This document shows positions 1-9,449 of a stretch of DNA of 64,000 bases, one piece after another (the stretch's first letter is position 1; each line of letters starts with the position of its first letter). Made by a program: the position numbers and the translations under genes. Source of the stretch: Bacteroidales bacterium. GTDB lineage: Bacteria > Bacteroidota > Bacteroidia > Bacteroidales > WCHB1-69. A model generated the notes under the pieces. That model was given only the letters and a program-made list of their open reading frames with translations, had not been told where the DNA came from and did not search any database. The stretch spans positions 6,585-70,584 of the forward strand of contig JAILCI010000040.1 of assembly GCA_024686335.1 (NCBI GenBank). Direction: 5' to 3'.

Positions 1-2200
1 TGACAGTTTTTTTCTGCATAGAGTCAATGACCTGTTTTCGGTAGTCAGAGAGTTCCCGTTGTATCTGCTTTGTCTGTTCACGCAATAGTTTTGTGTCTCG
101 CTCATTAAGTTCTGAAGAAGAGATCAGGTTCTCCGCCTCTTGAAAGAGTTTTTGAATCTGTTTCCTAAATCCTTCAAAAGAAGATGAGACCTCTTTGGAA
201 ACTGGCGTGAAATTATTGCCCACATGCTCGCAACAGGGATCATTGATACGCTTAAGGCAGTATAGCATCTGTTCTAGCGAGCTGTTGGAGAGAAAATACC
301 AAGTGTTTTTCTCCATAGCGAGGACAGGGTCTATCTTGCGAAGACCGATAATCTCGCGTCGTCGTTGACGCTTCAGCTGTTTGCGAGCTGTCTCGATCTC
401 ATGTACTGCCTGACGCAGTGGTCCGTACTCTTCATGTAGAAAAGCCTCAGTTACTTTTTGGAAACAGTTGATGGAAAATTGCAGCTGGTTAACGGTACTA
501 TATCTAACCTGCATCTTTAACAGTTCCCAGCGCTCTGACAGGTTCTGCGTACGATTCAATTGTTTGAAAAGGAGATCAGACTCATCAACCCTATGACTCT
601 CCTTAAACTTCGCTTGGCTGCGAAAGAGCAGGAAAACAGCAATGGCGATGGCAATGACCATACCCACAAAGGAGCTGAAGAATATGGCTGTTGTGATGAG
701 ATAGCACATGATAAAAGCTGCTCCTGCGGTGATGAACCAACCACCTATGACACTCAACACGCCCGTGATGCGGAAGACAGCACTCTCACGGCTCCAAGCC
801 CTATCGGCCAGACTCGAGCCCATGGCCACCATAAAGGTGACATAGGTAGTAGAGAGTGGCAATTTCATACTTGTGCCGACGGCCACGAGGAGACCCGCAA
901 CTACCAGATTGACAGCTGCGCGGATCAGGTCGAAAGCCGCCCCTTCGGGAAGCACTGCGTCATTGGCGTTGAAACGGGTATCTATCCATCGGCCCACACG
1001 TTTGGGAATGACATTCGCTATCGCAGTTGCAGTCTTCTGTGTGGTACGAACTACCACACGAGCCACGACACTGGAGCCGAACATCTCATCTCCCTCATCC
1101 TGACGAGACAGGTCTACAGAGGTCTTCACCACATTCTGAGCTTTTTTTGAAAAGACTAGTGACAGAACCATCACCATACCTGCAATCACCAGAAATATTG
1201 TGGGCGTATGGGCTGACTCCATCAATGAGACCATCATAAAATCTGAAGCATCAGTCGCACCGCTAGCCGCGAAGTCGGTATATGAGTCGAGAGCTGTCAG
1301 AGGCACACCCACAAAGTTAACGAGATCGTTACCCGCAAAAGCCATGGCAAGCGCAAAAGTGCCTAAAAGAACAACAAACCGCAGCACTGGCAATTTCAAG
1401 GCACTCAAGGCCGTCATAATAGTTGAAAAGAGCACGAAACCTCCTCCCAATATCAGCCAAGTATACTCATTGATAAACTCCTTCAGTTCAGGCGTCATAA
1501 TCGTAGATCCCTTCAATCCATTAATCAGCAGAAACCAGACAATACATGTGACGGCGATACCAGCGAAGATTCCAATCTTCAGCGACGAGCCCAACAGACT
1601 TCCCATATTGCCCTTAGCATCCGTAGTTTTCCCATTAACACGATAGGTAAAGGTAAATACCAATCGGGCAATCCATTGTACGACTATTCCTATCACAAAA
1701 GCAATCGCCACACTGAGGAATATACCAAGTATCACACTAAGTGCCTTCTCGGTATTAAGGAGGTCACCCAACGAGAGAGCCATTCCGTTAGCGTCGGTAG
1801 CACCGCTGATTATCTTGATTACTGCAATGCCAAATGCTCCACCCAAGAGTTCGAACACCATGCTGACAGTAGTGGATGTTGGCATCCCGAGTGTATTGAA
1901 GATGTCCAACAGGATAATATCTGTCACCATTACGGCCAGAAAGACACACATCACATCATAAAATGAGAAATATACCGGCATCATAATGCCATGTCGCGCC
2001 ACATCCATCATACCATTGCTCAACGATGCTCCGACGAAGATGCCTATTGCTGCTATCAAGACAATCGTCCTATAACTCGCCACTTTAGCGCCGATAGCAG
2101 AGTTAAGAAAATTGACCGCATCATTGCTAACCCCAACTACGAGGTCAAAAACAGCCAGAAGGATCAGCAATATTACAATTCCAACAAATAACGCATTCAT
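1..2200 (-). CDS. PiT-family inorganic phosphate transporter (long Bacteroidetes form with a C-terminal soluble helical, PhoU-like extension); the 3' end runs off the window
   Basis: My translation of the minus strand from the ATG at 2200..2198 gives MNALFVGIVILLILLAVFDLVVGVSNDAVNFLNSAIGAK.... This carries the PiT-type xSNDxxN motif and many hydrophobic helices. The frame stays open to position 1. It is absent from the track because no stop lies in the window; plus-strand ORFs 560-2191 are its antisense shadows. Confidence 0.8.
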   Translation of the reverse strand, partial: MNALFVGIVILLILLAVFDLVVGVSNDAVNFLNSAIGAKVASYRTIVLIAAIGIFVGASLSNGMMDVARHGIMMPVYFSFYDVMCVFLAVMVTDIILLDIFNTLGMPTSTTVSMVFELLGGAFGIAVIKIISGATDANGMALSLGDLLNTEKALSVILGIFLSVAIAFVIGIVVQWIARLVFTFTYRVNGKTTDAKGNMGSLLGSSLKIGIFAGIAVTCIVWFLLINGLKGSTIMTPELKEFINEYTWLILGGGFVLFSTIMTALSALKLPVLRFVVLLGTFALAMAFAGNDLVNFVGVPLTALDSYTDFAASGATDASDFMMVSLMESAHTPTIFLVIAGMVMVLSLVFSKKAQNVVKTSVDLSRQDEGDEMFGSSVVARVVVRTTQKTATAIANVIPKRVGRWIDTRFNANDAVLPEGAAFDLIRAAVNLVVAGLLVAVGTSMKLPLSTTYVTFMVAMGSSLADRAWSRESAVFRITGVLSVIGGWFITAGAAFIMCYLITTAIFFSSFVGMVIAIAIAVFLLFRSQAKFKESHRVDESDLLFKQLNRTQNLSERWELLKMQVRYSTVNQLQFSINCFQKVTEAFLHEEYGPLRQAVHEIETARKQLKRQRRREIIGLRKIDPVLAMEKNTWYFLSNSSLEQMLYCLKRINDPCCEHVGNNFTPVSKEVSSSFEGFRKQIQKLFQEAENLISSSELNERDTKLLREQTKQIQRELSDYRKQVIDSMQKKTV

Positions 2201-2313
2201 TCTTAAATCTTATAGAATATCATAACAAATAGCCAACAATAATCTCATGATTGGCGCGCAAAACTACAGAAAAGCCGACTAGGAAGAAGCCCTTCACTGT
2301 AGATTTAATCGAA

Positions 2314-2346
2314 TTGTAATCGGTTGGTGACCGAAATGTAATTCAT
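2314..2346. promoter_or_regulatory. Speculative Pho-box-like element: three 11-nt phases, TTGTAATCGGT / TGGTGACCGAA / ATGTAATTCAT
   Basis: Two TGTAAT hexamers lie exactly 22 nt apart, with GGTGAC in the intervening phase. The element sits in the divergent PiT / porin-pst intergenic region. The 11-nt phasing recalls PhoB boxes, but no Bacteroidetes consensus is known to me. Confidence 0.15.
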
Positions 2347-2389
2347 CAAACGATAACGGCACTGAAACAGCTTTGAAATAGCTGCAAGG

Positions 2390-2397
2390 TATTTTTG
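2390..2397 (+). promoter_or_regulatory. Candidate Bacteroidetes -7 promoter box (TAnnTTTG) for the porin-pstSCAB operon
   Basis: TATTTTTG lies 28 nt upstream of the porin ATG. A TTTG at 2372-2375 is closer than the usual -33 spacing. Confidence 0.3.
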
Positions 2398-2424
2398 CCG
2401 CATCAAATTTTAAGAAAAAAAGCT

Positions 2425-3387
2425 ATGAGAAAATTGATTGTAATGGTTCTATTGATTTGCAGCGGAATGATTGCGTTTGCTCAGAACGAAAATGAAGAAA
2501 AACAAGGTAAGGCCATCATTAATGTGTTTGGCAATTTTCACACTGAAATCGGAAACGGATGGGATGATCGCGGTTTCGAGTTGGACCGCAGCTATCTGGG
2601 CTACCAATACAAGTTCAACAACGGGCTCTCCATCAAAGGTGTGATGGACATTGGAAAATCAAGCGACGTTTCCGACTACCACCGCATCGCATATATAAAG
2701 AATGCTATGATCTCCTGGAAGAAAGGCAAATTCACACTCAATGGAGGTTTGATATCCACCACTCAATTCAACTTCCAAGAGAAGGCTTGGGGATATAGGT
2801 ATATCATGAAATCTTTCCAAGACAAATATAAATTCGGCAGCAGCGCCGACCTGGGTTTATCAGCCGCCTATAAATTCTGCGACTGGGCTTCAATGGATGC
2901 CATCATTGTCAATGGTGAAGGCTACAAGAAAATCCAGCTGAAGAGCGGTCTTAACTACGGTTTAGGCGTCACTTTTACACCTGTAAAAGGCTTTAACATC
3001 CGTCTGTATGGCGGTATCAACGAGGGCACAGAAGAGGATCAAAAGGCCAAATGGAACGGTGCTGCTTTTATTGGCTACAAGAACGACTACCTTTCGGTCG
3101 GTGCAGAATACAACTACATGAGAAACGACGGTTATAACCCAGGCACTTTCAAGCATGGCTACTCCGTCTTTGCTGCGGGTAAAGTGTCAAAACGGGTAGA
3201 CATCCTCGCACGCGTTGACGATCTCTACACCAGCTCTGAAAATGGCGAGTTGGACTGGATTATTGGCACGCAAGTCAAGCTGGGAAAATATGTCAAGATA
3301 GCTCCCAACTTCAGAATGAGCATACCAAAGGCCGACGGAGAGCCCTATCGCTACTCAGCATATATCAGTTGTTATTTCGGATTATAA
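2425..3387 (+). CDS. Outer-membrane beta-barrel porin, probably phosphate-selective, first gene of the pst operon
   Basis: The signal peptide is MRKLIVMVLLICSGMIAFAQ. The sequence shows an alternating amphipathic beta-strand pattern with many Gly/Tyr/Asn residues. It sits 23 nt upstream of pstS. The start was moved to the internal ATG at 2425. Confidence 0.55.
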   Translation: MRKLIVMVLLICSGMIAFAQNENEEKQGKAIINVFGNFHTEIGNGWDDRGFELDRSYLGYQYKFNNGLSIKGVMDIGKSSDVSDYHRIAYIKNAMISWKKGKFTLNGGLISTTQFNFQEKAWGYRYIMKSFQDKYKFGSSADLGLSAAYKFCDWASMDAIIVNGEGYKKIQLKSGLNYGLGVTFTPVKGFNIRLYGGINEGTEEDQKAKWNGAAFIGYKNDYLSVGAEYNYMRNDGYNPGTFKHGYSVFAAGKVSKRVDILARVDDLYTSSENGELDWIIGTQVKLGKYVKIAPNFRMSIPKADGEPYRYSAYISCYFGL

Positions 3388-3410
3388 ACATTTACCAAAT
3401 TTTATAAAAG

Positions 3411-4469
3411 ATGAAAAAAATGATTTTAATGATGGTATTAGCCATCGCCGCAGTGATGATGTCCTGTGGCAGCAAAAGCAACGGGCAGAGAGAAGCCCAA
3501 GAGTTATCAGGCGCAGGCGCCACTTTCCCACAGCCTTTCTACAATGCTGTATTTGAGAAATTTGCAGAAGTACATGGAGACATTGTGGCCTACGGTGGTG
3601 TCGGCTCCGGAAGTGGTGTCCGCAACCTGAGCGACAAAATCGTCGACTTCGCAGGTAGTGATGCCTTTCTAAGCGACAAAGAGATGAGCGAGATGGATGC
3701 TGTCATCCACGTACCCACCTGTATGGGAGCCGTCGTGTTGGCTTACAACCTTGACGGTGTGGAAGAGTTGAACCTCTCCGGCGAATTAATTGCAGACATC
3801 TTCGCAGGCAATATAACAAAATGGAATGATCCACGCATAGTAGCTATGAACCCTGACGTTCAGCTGCCCGATGCAACTGTCATTCCCGTTTACCGTTCCG
3901 ACGGTTCCGGCACAACGTATGTCTTCACCGACTATCTGTCAAAAGTCAGCGAGTCATGGGCTTCCAACTATGGTGCTGGTAAGTCCATCAGTTTCCCGGT
4001 TGGTCAGGCCGGCAAAGGCAACCCTGGTGTGGCTAGCATCATCGCTGAGACGAAGAACGCCATCGGCTATGTGGGTTCAGAGTATGCTTTTGCTCAGAAT
4101 ATTCCGTATGCAAGCGTCCAGAATCAGAATGGCGAGCTTGTAAAACCGACAGCAGAGTCCATCTCAGCATCGGCATCAGGTTCCATTCCAGACGACACGC
4201 GCACTTCCATCACCAACTCCGACGCGTCTGGCGCCTACCCTATCAGCTGTTTCACATGGCTCATCATCTACAAAGAGCAGAACTATGCCAAACGCACCAA
4301 AGAGCAGGCCATTGCGACCATCGACTTGCTCCAATACGTACTCTCTCCTGAAGCCCAAAAACTGGCATCTGAAGTACACTACGCTCCCCTGCCAAAGAAG
4401 GCTGTGGATTTGAGCTTGCAAAACTTAAAGGCTGTAACCTTTGACGGAGAACCTCTTTCACAGAAATAG
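3411..4469 (+). CDS. pstS: Phosphate ABC transporter substrate-binding lipoprotein PstS
   Basis: There is a lipoprotein signal (..VMMSC). The GAGATFPQPFY and YRSDGSGTT motifs are typical of PstS. It is followed by pstCAB. Confidence 0.9.
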   Translation: MKKMILMMVLAIAAVMMSCGSKSNGQREAQELSGAGATFPQPFYNAVFEKFAEVHGDIVAYGGVGSGSGVRNLSDKIVDFAGSDAFLSDKEMSEMDAVIHVPTCMGAVVLAYNLDGVEELNLSGELIADIFAGNITKWNDPRIVAMNPDVQLPDATVIPVYRSDGSGTTYVFTDYLSKVSESWASNYGAGKSISFPVGQAGKGNPGVASIIAETKNAIGYVGSEYAFAQNIPYASVQNQNGELVKPTAESISASASGSIPDDTRTSITNSDASGAYPISCFTWLIIYKEQNYAKRTKEQAIATIDLLQYVLSPEAQKLASEVHYAPLPKKAVDLSLQNLKAVTFDGEPLSQK

Positions 4470-4477
4470 AAATTCAG

Positions 4478-5335
4478 ATGAAAGAAAAAGTATATAACAT
4501 ATTACTTTATGTGACGGCTGCCGTCATCCCCATCCTGTGCGGAGGCATCTTCTATGCCCTCTGCACAGATGCGTATGGGGCATTCCAGCATTTCGGATTC
4601 TTCCAGTTTATCACCTCGACAGATTGGAACTCCACACCTGGACACGAGCAGTACGGAGCTCTTCCTTTCATCACCGGCACGCTGATGACCACCATATTGG
4701 CTTTGATTTTCTGCATCCCCTTCTCACTGCCCGTAGCCATGTTTGTGGGCGAATATTTCAAGGGGACTGTAGTGGCCTCTATCTTGAGCACCATCACCGA
4801 TCTTTTAGCTGGCATTCCTTCTGTCATCTATGGTCTTTGGGGATTCTTCACGCTTAGGCCACTGCTGATGGCAATGAATATTTCGCCACAGGGATCAGGA
4901 GTGCTGACTGCATCGCTTGTGCTAGCCATCATGATAGTGCCCTATGCGGCATCATTGAGCGCCGAGTTCATCAAGATGGTACCAGACGACCTGAAGGAGG
5001 GTGCTTACAGCTTGGGGGCCACCAGAGCAGAGGTGATACGCAGAATCATCTTCCCGGTTGCCGGATCCGGTATCTTTTCCTCCTACATACTGGCTCTGGG
5101 ACGTGCAGTTTGTGAAACAATGACAGTGACGATGTTGATTGGCAACACCAACAACATTCCGACATCCGTCACAGCGACAGGCAACTCTATGGCCTCCATC
5201 ATTGCCAACCAGTTTGGCGAGGCTGACGGGCTCAAACTCTCATCACTGATAGCCATTGGACTGATATTATTTCTGATAACGGCTGTCATCAACGTCATCG
5301 GAAAAATCATGATTAAAAAAGCCAGAATCTCTTAA
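4478..5335 (+). CDS. pstC: Phosphate ABC transporter permease PstC
   Basis: It is a multi-TM protein with an EAA-like loop (EGAYSLGATRAEVIRRIIFP) and lies between pstS and pstA. Confidence 0.9.
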   Translation: MKEKVYNILLYVTAAVIPILCGGIFYALCTDAYGAFQHFGFFQFITSTDWNSTPGHEQYGALPFITGTLMTTILALIFCIPFSLPVAMFVGEYFKGTVVASILSTITDLLAGIPSVIYGLWGFFTLRPLLMAMNISPQGSGVLTASLVLAIMIVPYAASLSAEFIKMVPDDLKEGAYSLGATRAEVIRRIIFPVAGSGIFSSYILALGRAVCETMTVTMLIGNTNNIPTSVTATGNSMASIIANQFGEADGLKLSSLIAIGLILFLITAVINVIGKIMIKKARIS

Positions 5336-5347
5336 CGACACAGCACT

Positions 5348-6205
5348 ATGAATATAAAAACACGTATTGCAAAAGATCGCATTCAATTATGGACGGTATG
5401 TTTCTTTGCTGCATTGACAGCTGTCCCTTTGTTAGCCATCATAGGTGAGGTTGTCATCAAAGGGTTTGGACAGATCTCATGGTCATTCCTCACCGAGCCC
5501 ACTCCTACAGCCTACAAAGCCATGAAAGCCGTCCAGGCAGGAGAGCCCATTCCCGGCGGTATTGCCAACGGCATCGTGGGCACACTGATAATGGTAGGTA
5601 TGGCAGCCATTGTGGCTATTCCTGTCGGCATCCTCTGTGGAGCCTTCTTAGCAGAAAACAGTAAAAAACGCAGTGCTGTCATCATAAGCTTTCTAACAGA
5701 CCTGCTGCAAGGTACGCCCTCTATCATCATCGGCATCATCACCTACATCTGGGTAGTGGTTCCCATGAAAGGCTATTCAGCCATAGCGGGCAGTGGGGCG
5801 CTTTTCATCATGATGCTGCCACTGATTATCCGTTCCACAGAAGAGACGTTGAAGATTCTGCCTACATCCTTACAGGAGGCGGGTCTGGCATTAGGTGCCA
5901 ACAGGGCCAGCGTAATGCTAAGGATTCAACTCCCAGCTGCTTTCGGAGGTATCTTCAAGGGCGTCCTACTCTCTATTTCGAGAGTAACTGGAGAGACCGC
6001 CCCACTCCTTTTCACCGCATTAGGATGCTCCTTTATACGGTGGTCTATCAATAAGCCCATCTCGGCAGTTCCGCTGCTTATCTGGGAATTCTTCAACGAT
6101 CCCCATCTGCAGGATCTCATCTGGGGCGCTTCGTTCTTCCTGCTGCTTTTCGTCTTGACATTAAATTTAACAGCTAAATATATCGCAAAAAAATGGAATC
6201 AGTAA
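5348..6205 (+). CDS. pstA: Phosphate ABC transporter permease PstA
   Basis: It is a multi-TM protein with the loop EAGLALGANRASVMLRIQLP. It overlaps the pstB start by 13 nt. Confidence 0.9.
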   Translation: MNIKTRIAKDRIQLWTVCFFAALTAVPLLAIIGEVVIKGFGQISWSFLTEPTPTAYKAMKAVQAGEPIPGGIANGIVGTLIMVGMAAIVAIPVGILCGAFLAENSKKRSAVIISFLTDLLQGTPSIIIGIITYIWVVVPMKGYSAIAGSGALFIMMLPLIIRSTEETLKILPTSLQEAGLALGANRASVMLRIQLPAAFGGIFKGVLLSISRVTGETAPLLFTALGCSFIRWSINKPISAVPLLIWEFFNDPHLQDLIWGASFFLLLFVLTLNLTAKYIAKKWNQ

Positions 6206-6960
6206 AACCTATCCTTGAATTCAAAAACACCTGTGTTTCGTACACCAAGCAGACCATGGCAGTAAAATATGTCTCGGCCGCCATAGAGCGGAACACCATC
6301 ACCTCCATTATGGGGCCCTCCGGTTGCGGCAAGAGCACATTGCTTAGAAGTGTCAACCTAATGCACAACCTCTATTCAAACATCCGAGTAGACGGCGAAA
6401 TTCTCTTGAATGGCGAAAACATCCTGGATATGGAGCCTATAGATGTACGCCGCCGCGTGGGAATGGTCTTCCAGCGTCCAGTGCCATTTCCCACGATGAG
6501 CATCGCAGACAATGTGATGGCGGGCTATCTGCTCAACAACATTCACATTTCCAAGAGTGAAAAAGCAAAGACTGTGGAGCAATGCCTACGCAGTGTAGCC
6601 ATGTGGGACGAGGTGAAAGATGTATTGAACAAGAAAGGTACATTTCTCTCCGGCGGACAGCAACAGCGTCTCTGCATCGCACGTGCATTGGCAATGAAAC
6701 CAGACGTTCTGCTTATGGACGAGCCCACCTCCGCACTAGACCCGATAGCCACCAACCATATAGAGCAGCTACTGTTAGAGTTACAAAAGGAGGTTACTAT
6801 CCTGATCGTTACACACAACATGGGACAGGCTGAGCGTATCTCTTCTCATGCCATGTTCATGTATCTCGGAGAGCTTGTGGAATATGGAGATACCAAGAAA
6901 CTGTTTTCTCAGCCCGCTGACGAGCGAACTAAGGCATATCTCAAAGGAAAAATAGGATAA
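6193..6960 (+). CDS. pstB: Phosphate ABC transporter ATP-binding protein PstB
   Basis: It has Walker A GPSGCGKST, the ABC signature LSGGQQQR and Walker B LLMDEPTSALD. Confidence 0.95.
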   Translation: MESVKPILEFKNTCVSYTKQTMAVKYVSAAIERNTITSIMGPSGCGKSTLLRSVNLMHNLYSNIRVDGEILLNGENILDMEPIDVRRRVGMVFQRPVPFPTMSIADNVMAGYLLNNIHISKSEKAKTVEQCLRSVAMWDEVKDVLNKKGTFLSGGQQQRLCIARALAMKPDVLLMDEPTSALDPIATNHIEQLLLELQKEVTILIVTHNMGQAERISSHAMFMYLGELVEYGDTKKLFSQPADERTKAYLKGKIG

Positions 6961-6981
6961 TACATTAAAAACAAATAAGTT

Positions 6982-7176
6982 ATGGATATCGAAACAGGAA
7001 AGAAAATCCAAAATATTGTATATTGGGTAAGACTAGGTCTTTTTCTCACAATAGTTGTACTGATTATCAGTTGGGTAGGAATCGAATATTGTCGGGAGAG
7101 GGCAGAAAAAAAAGCACTTCAATCGGAAATTGAAGTGCCTTCAGTGTCCCCTCAAGGAGTATTCCACATACAGTAA
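6982..7176 (+). CDS. Small single-pass membrane protein, hypothetical
   Basis: The 64-aa ORF has one hydrophobic helix (LGLFLTIVVLIISWVGI) and lies 21 nt after pstB. No recognisable family. Confidence 0.25.
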   Translation: MDIETGKKIQNIVYWVRLGLFLTIVVLIISWVGIEYCRERAEKKALQSEIEVPSVSPQGVFHIQ

Positions 7177-7319
7177 AGTTTTTGAAACACACGGCTTTCC
7201 GTGTCCCGTTCATAGAAGAGAACACGAAATCGGTTACAGTTTTGTTTGAGGCATGTTTCCTTGTTATGCTATCTGTTTCACTTTCCTCAATGTGTTGACG
7301 CTCGTGCCCGTGAGTTTGC

Positions 7320-7781
7320 TCACGTTGGCCAGACTGTATCCTTTCCTCTAATTTCGGGAGAACCGGCAATGGTATTATACGACCATACATTTAATAAATA
7401 CCCGTCGTTGTGCAGGACAGCAAAACGGAGCGGAACCCATGTGGATACCATAGCAACACTTTCGTGGTCAATAACTATCTCCTCGGCAAACTGATCCGGC
7501 ATTTCAAGAATATCGGAGAAATAATCAAAAGTGTATTTACTTTCATCGTATTTCCACCACTCAATGTCTTCTGTTTCATCAACCTGTAATTTCCATCCCT
7601 CCTTTTCTCTGAATTGTTTTCCCTGTTCTCCATTCCAGCTTTCTGTGAGAAGAAGCTCCTTGTAATCCTTTTTTGCAGCAGTTTTTATTTCGCATTCCGA
7701 CTTGCATCCAGCGTAAAGACGCCCACAGAATGTTTCACCGTTTAGGGTGATTGGTTTTGAAAATAAGATTAGTCTAATCAT
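7320..7781 (-). CDS. Hypothetical protein (ORFan, AT-rich islet)
   Basis: The 153-aa ORF has an acidic, Trp-rich middle (EDIEWWKYDESKYTFDYFSD). No recognisable motif. The C-terminal about 20 aa may be read-through. Confidence 0.4.
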   Translation of the reverse strand: MIRLILFSKPITLNGETFCGRLYAGCKSECEIKTAAKKDYKELLLTESWNGEQGKQFREKEGWKLQVDETEDIEWWKYDESKYTFDYFSDILEMPDQFAEEIVIDHESVAMVSTWVPLRFAVLHNDGYLLNVWSYNTIAGSPEIRGKDTVWPT

Positions 7782-7848
7782 AATTTTTAGATTTTTTTGT
7801 ATAGATATATATCGTTCTCGTTTTGTTTTGTTCCAGTTTTTTATGTTT

Positions 7849-8139
7849 CTACAATTGTATCTCCAATATGCACGAACATATCAGACCTTTTATGATGTCT
7901 TCGTAATTCATCATATTGTCCGCTATGTTTTTATCGGCGATAATTTCCAGAATGAAATCTCTCAAACCATCGACACCCCCATTTTCCTGAACGTTTGAAA
8001 AGAATTTGTCAGGGTAATACAAGGTGCCATACTTTTCAATAACCTTCGCTACCGCCATATCTATTACGGAATATAACTGTGGATAATTCTTTTCCATCAG
8101 GAAAGAATCCAAATCCAGTATTTCATACATTTTTTTCAT
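7849..8139 (-). CDS. Hypothetical small protein (ORFan, AT-rich islet)
   Basis: The 96-aa ORF is co-directional with 7320-7781. No recognisable motif. Confidence 0.4.
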   Translation of the reverse strand: MKKMYEILDLDSFLMEKNYPQLYSVIDMAVAKVIEKYGTLYYPDKFFSNVQENGGVDGLRDFILEIIADKNIADNMMNYEDIIKGLICSCILEIQL

Positions 8140-8218
8140 TTTTAAGCATTTTTATACAATATTTATGGTCATCTGGGACGGAAACACATAAATATCTTAT
8201 AAAAGAAACTGATTAGCA

Positions 8219-8617
8219 ATGAAAAACAGAATTGTGATTTTTAACCAACCGATAGAAATGCCAGGCGACAATATGGAAAAGATAAAAACCTTCGGATTGT
8301 TACTGCCGAAAGTGGAATGTGAAACACCAGAGACTATTTCAAGGTTTATAAGGGAATATATCTTTGTTATTGCCGTAATATTTAAGCATAACGCCACATT
8401 TCTCAATGGACGTAACTTTTTGGAAAATGGGGCGAAATTCGTAATCTACGACAAAAAATGGAAACAATATGCCAAAATGGTGAAGGAAACAAATGTGCAA
8501 TTTGCCTTTTTTGATGGGAAAGTGCAGATTCAAGACGATGACCACGTAAAACTACTTCTAACGTCAAAAGACAAATGGGAAGAAATGAAGGGGATGAATG
8601 ACATTTCTTGGCAATAA
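8219..8617 (+). CDS. Hypothetical protein (ORFan, AT-rich islet)
   Basis: The 132-aa ORF is divergent from 7849-8139 and is followed by a hairpin terminator. Confidence 0.4.
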   Translation: MKNRIVIFNQPIEMPGDNMEKIKTFGLLLPKVECETPETISRFIREYIFVIAVIFKHNATFLNGRNFLENGAKFVIYDKKWKQYAKMVKETNVQFAFFDGKVQIQDDDHVKLLLTSKDKWEEMKGMNDISWQ

Positions 8618-8701
8618 GAAAAGTGGATGTCCAAAATCCTACCATACCCATCAAGGGTATTGGATACCCTAAATGACCATTCCGAAGTGATTTTTTAATA
8701 G

Positions 8702-8722
8702 AATGCTGGTTTTCAGCATTTT
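8702..8722 (+). terminator. Putative rho-independent terminator
   Basis: AATGCTG-gtttt-CAGCATT is followed by TT(T)G, about 85 nt after the stop at 8617. Confidence 0.4.
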
Positions 8723-8940
8723 GCAGTCTACAATACCCTATTAGCATAATGGATGATATGAAATCGGGGACTGCCGATCCGACTTAAATTCAACAGAGGC
8801 TCAGTTTGTTATATTTACTTCAGGGGTCCTGAGGGACCTCTACAAAGTCTGGGACCAGCAGGCAATACAATAATAGATTTTGACCTTACATAGGTGTGAT
8901 ACTGGTCCTATCCCCTGTGTGAGGTCTCTATTATTAAATT

Positions 8941-9390
8941 ATGGAATATAGAATTACTAATTATTTCAGCGGCAGGATGAACATCTCATCCAATTACTAC
9001 AATGAAAAGCCCACAGGGAACGAGATAGCACAAATCCGTTTCAACGAGATGACAGTCTCCAACGATATGTTGTCGTCGTTCATCTCCAACGGGTATTGTT
9101 ATTGTCCTACGGACAGGAAACAGGTACATCGTGGATGCAAACAATATGACCCTCGTGGATTTCCGTAAAGCAAACCAATATTATAACGGCAGCAAGGGCT
9201 GTGAGCTGCACAACACCAACAGAGTTTATTCCCTGCCCGACGAGTATAAAGATACCATGACCAAGATTTACGGTAAATGGGTAGGTTGAAGTTCGGCAGG
9301 AAACAGATCCTTCAGCTGCTTGACTCCGTTATGAAAGCGGACTTGACGAAGGAGCTCAATGAGGTAAGGCACTCCGTTTATACATGTTAA
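8941..9390 (+). pseudogene. Decayed gene of unknown family, spread over three reading frames
   Basis: Frame 1 reads MEYRITNYFSG...NGYCYCPT. The text then continues plausibly in a second frame (NRYIVDANNMTLVDFRKANQYYNGSKGCELHNTNRVYSLPDEYKDTMTKIYGKWVG*). It continues again in a third frame (KFGRKQILQLLDSVMKADLTKELNEVRHSVYTC*). These are my own translations. Confidence 0.35.
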
Positions 9391-9449
9391 CTCCTTTCCG
9401 AGTCAACTTTTTTCAGGACAAGACACACCTTACAAAAACTGCAAGTTAT

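Noticed and set aside
560-2191. A series of plus-strand ORFs (196, 148, 96, 66 aa and others)
   Set aside because: They lie antisense to the much longer open minus-strand frame that encodes a clear PiT transporter. Their sequences are low-complexity (His/Cys/Arg-rich) with no motifs.
6982-7176. The ORF after pstB as a divergent PhoU
   Set aside because: It has only 64 aa and a single TM helix, and shows no PhoU-like helical repeat or E(D)xxxD motifs.
8620-8940. Retron-like msr/msd or another known ncRNA
   Set aside because: No reverse transcriptase or other partner gene is adjacent. I cannot match the fold to any family from memory.
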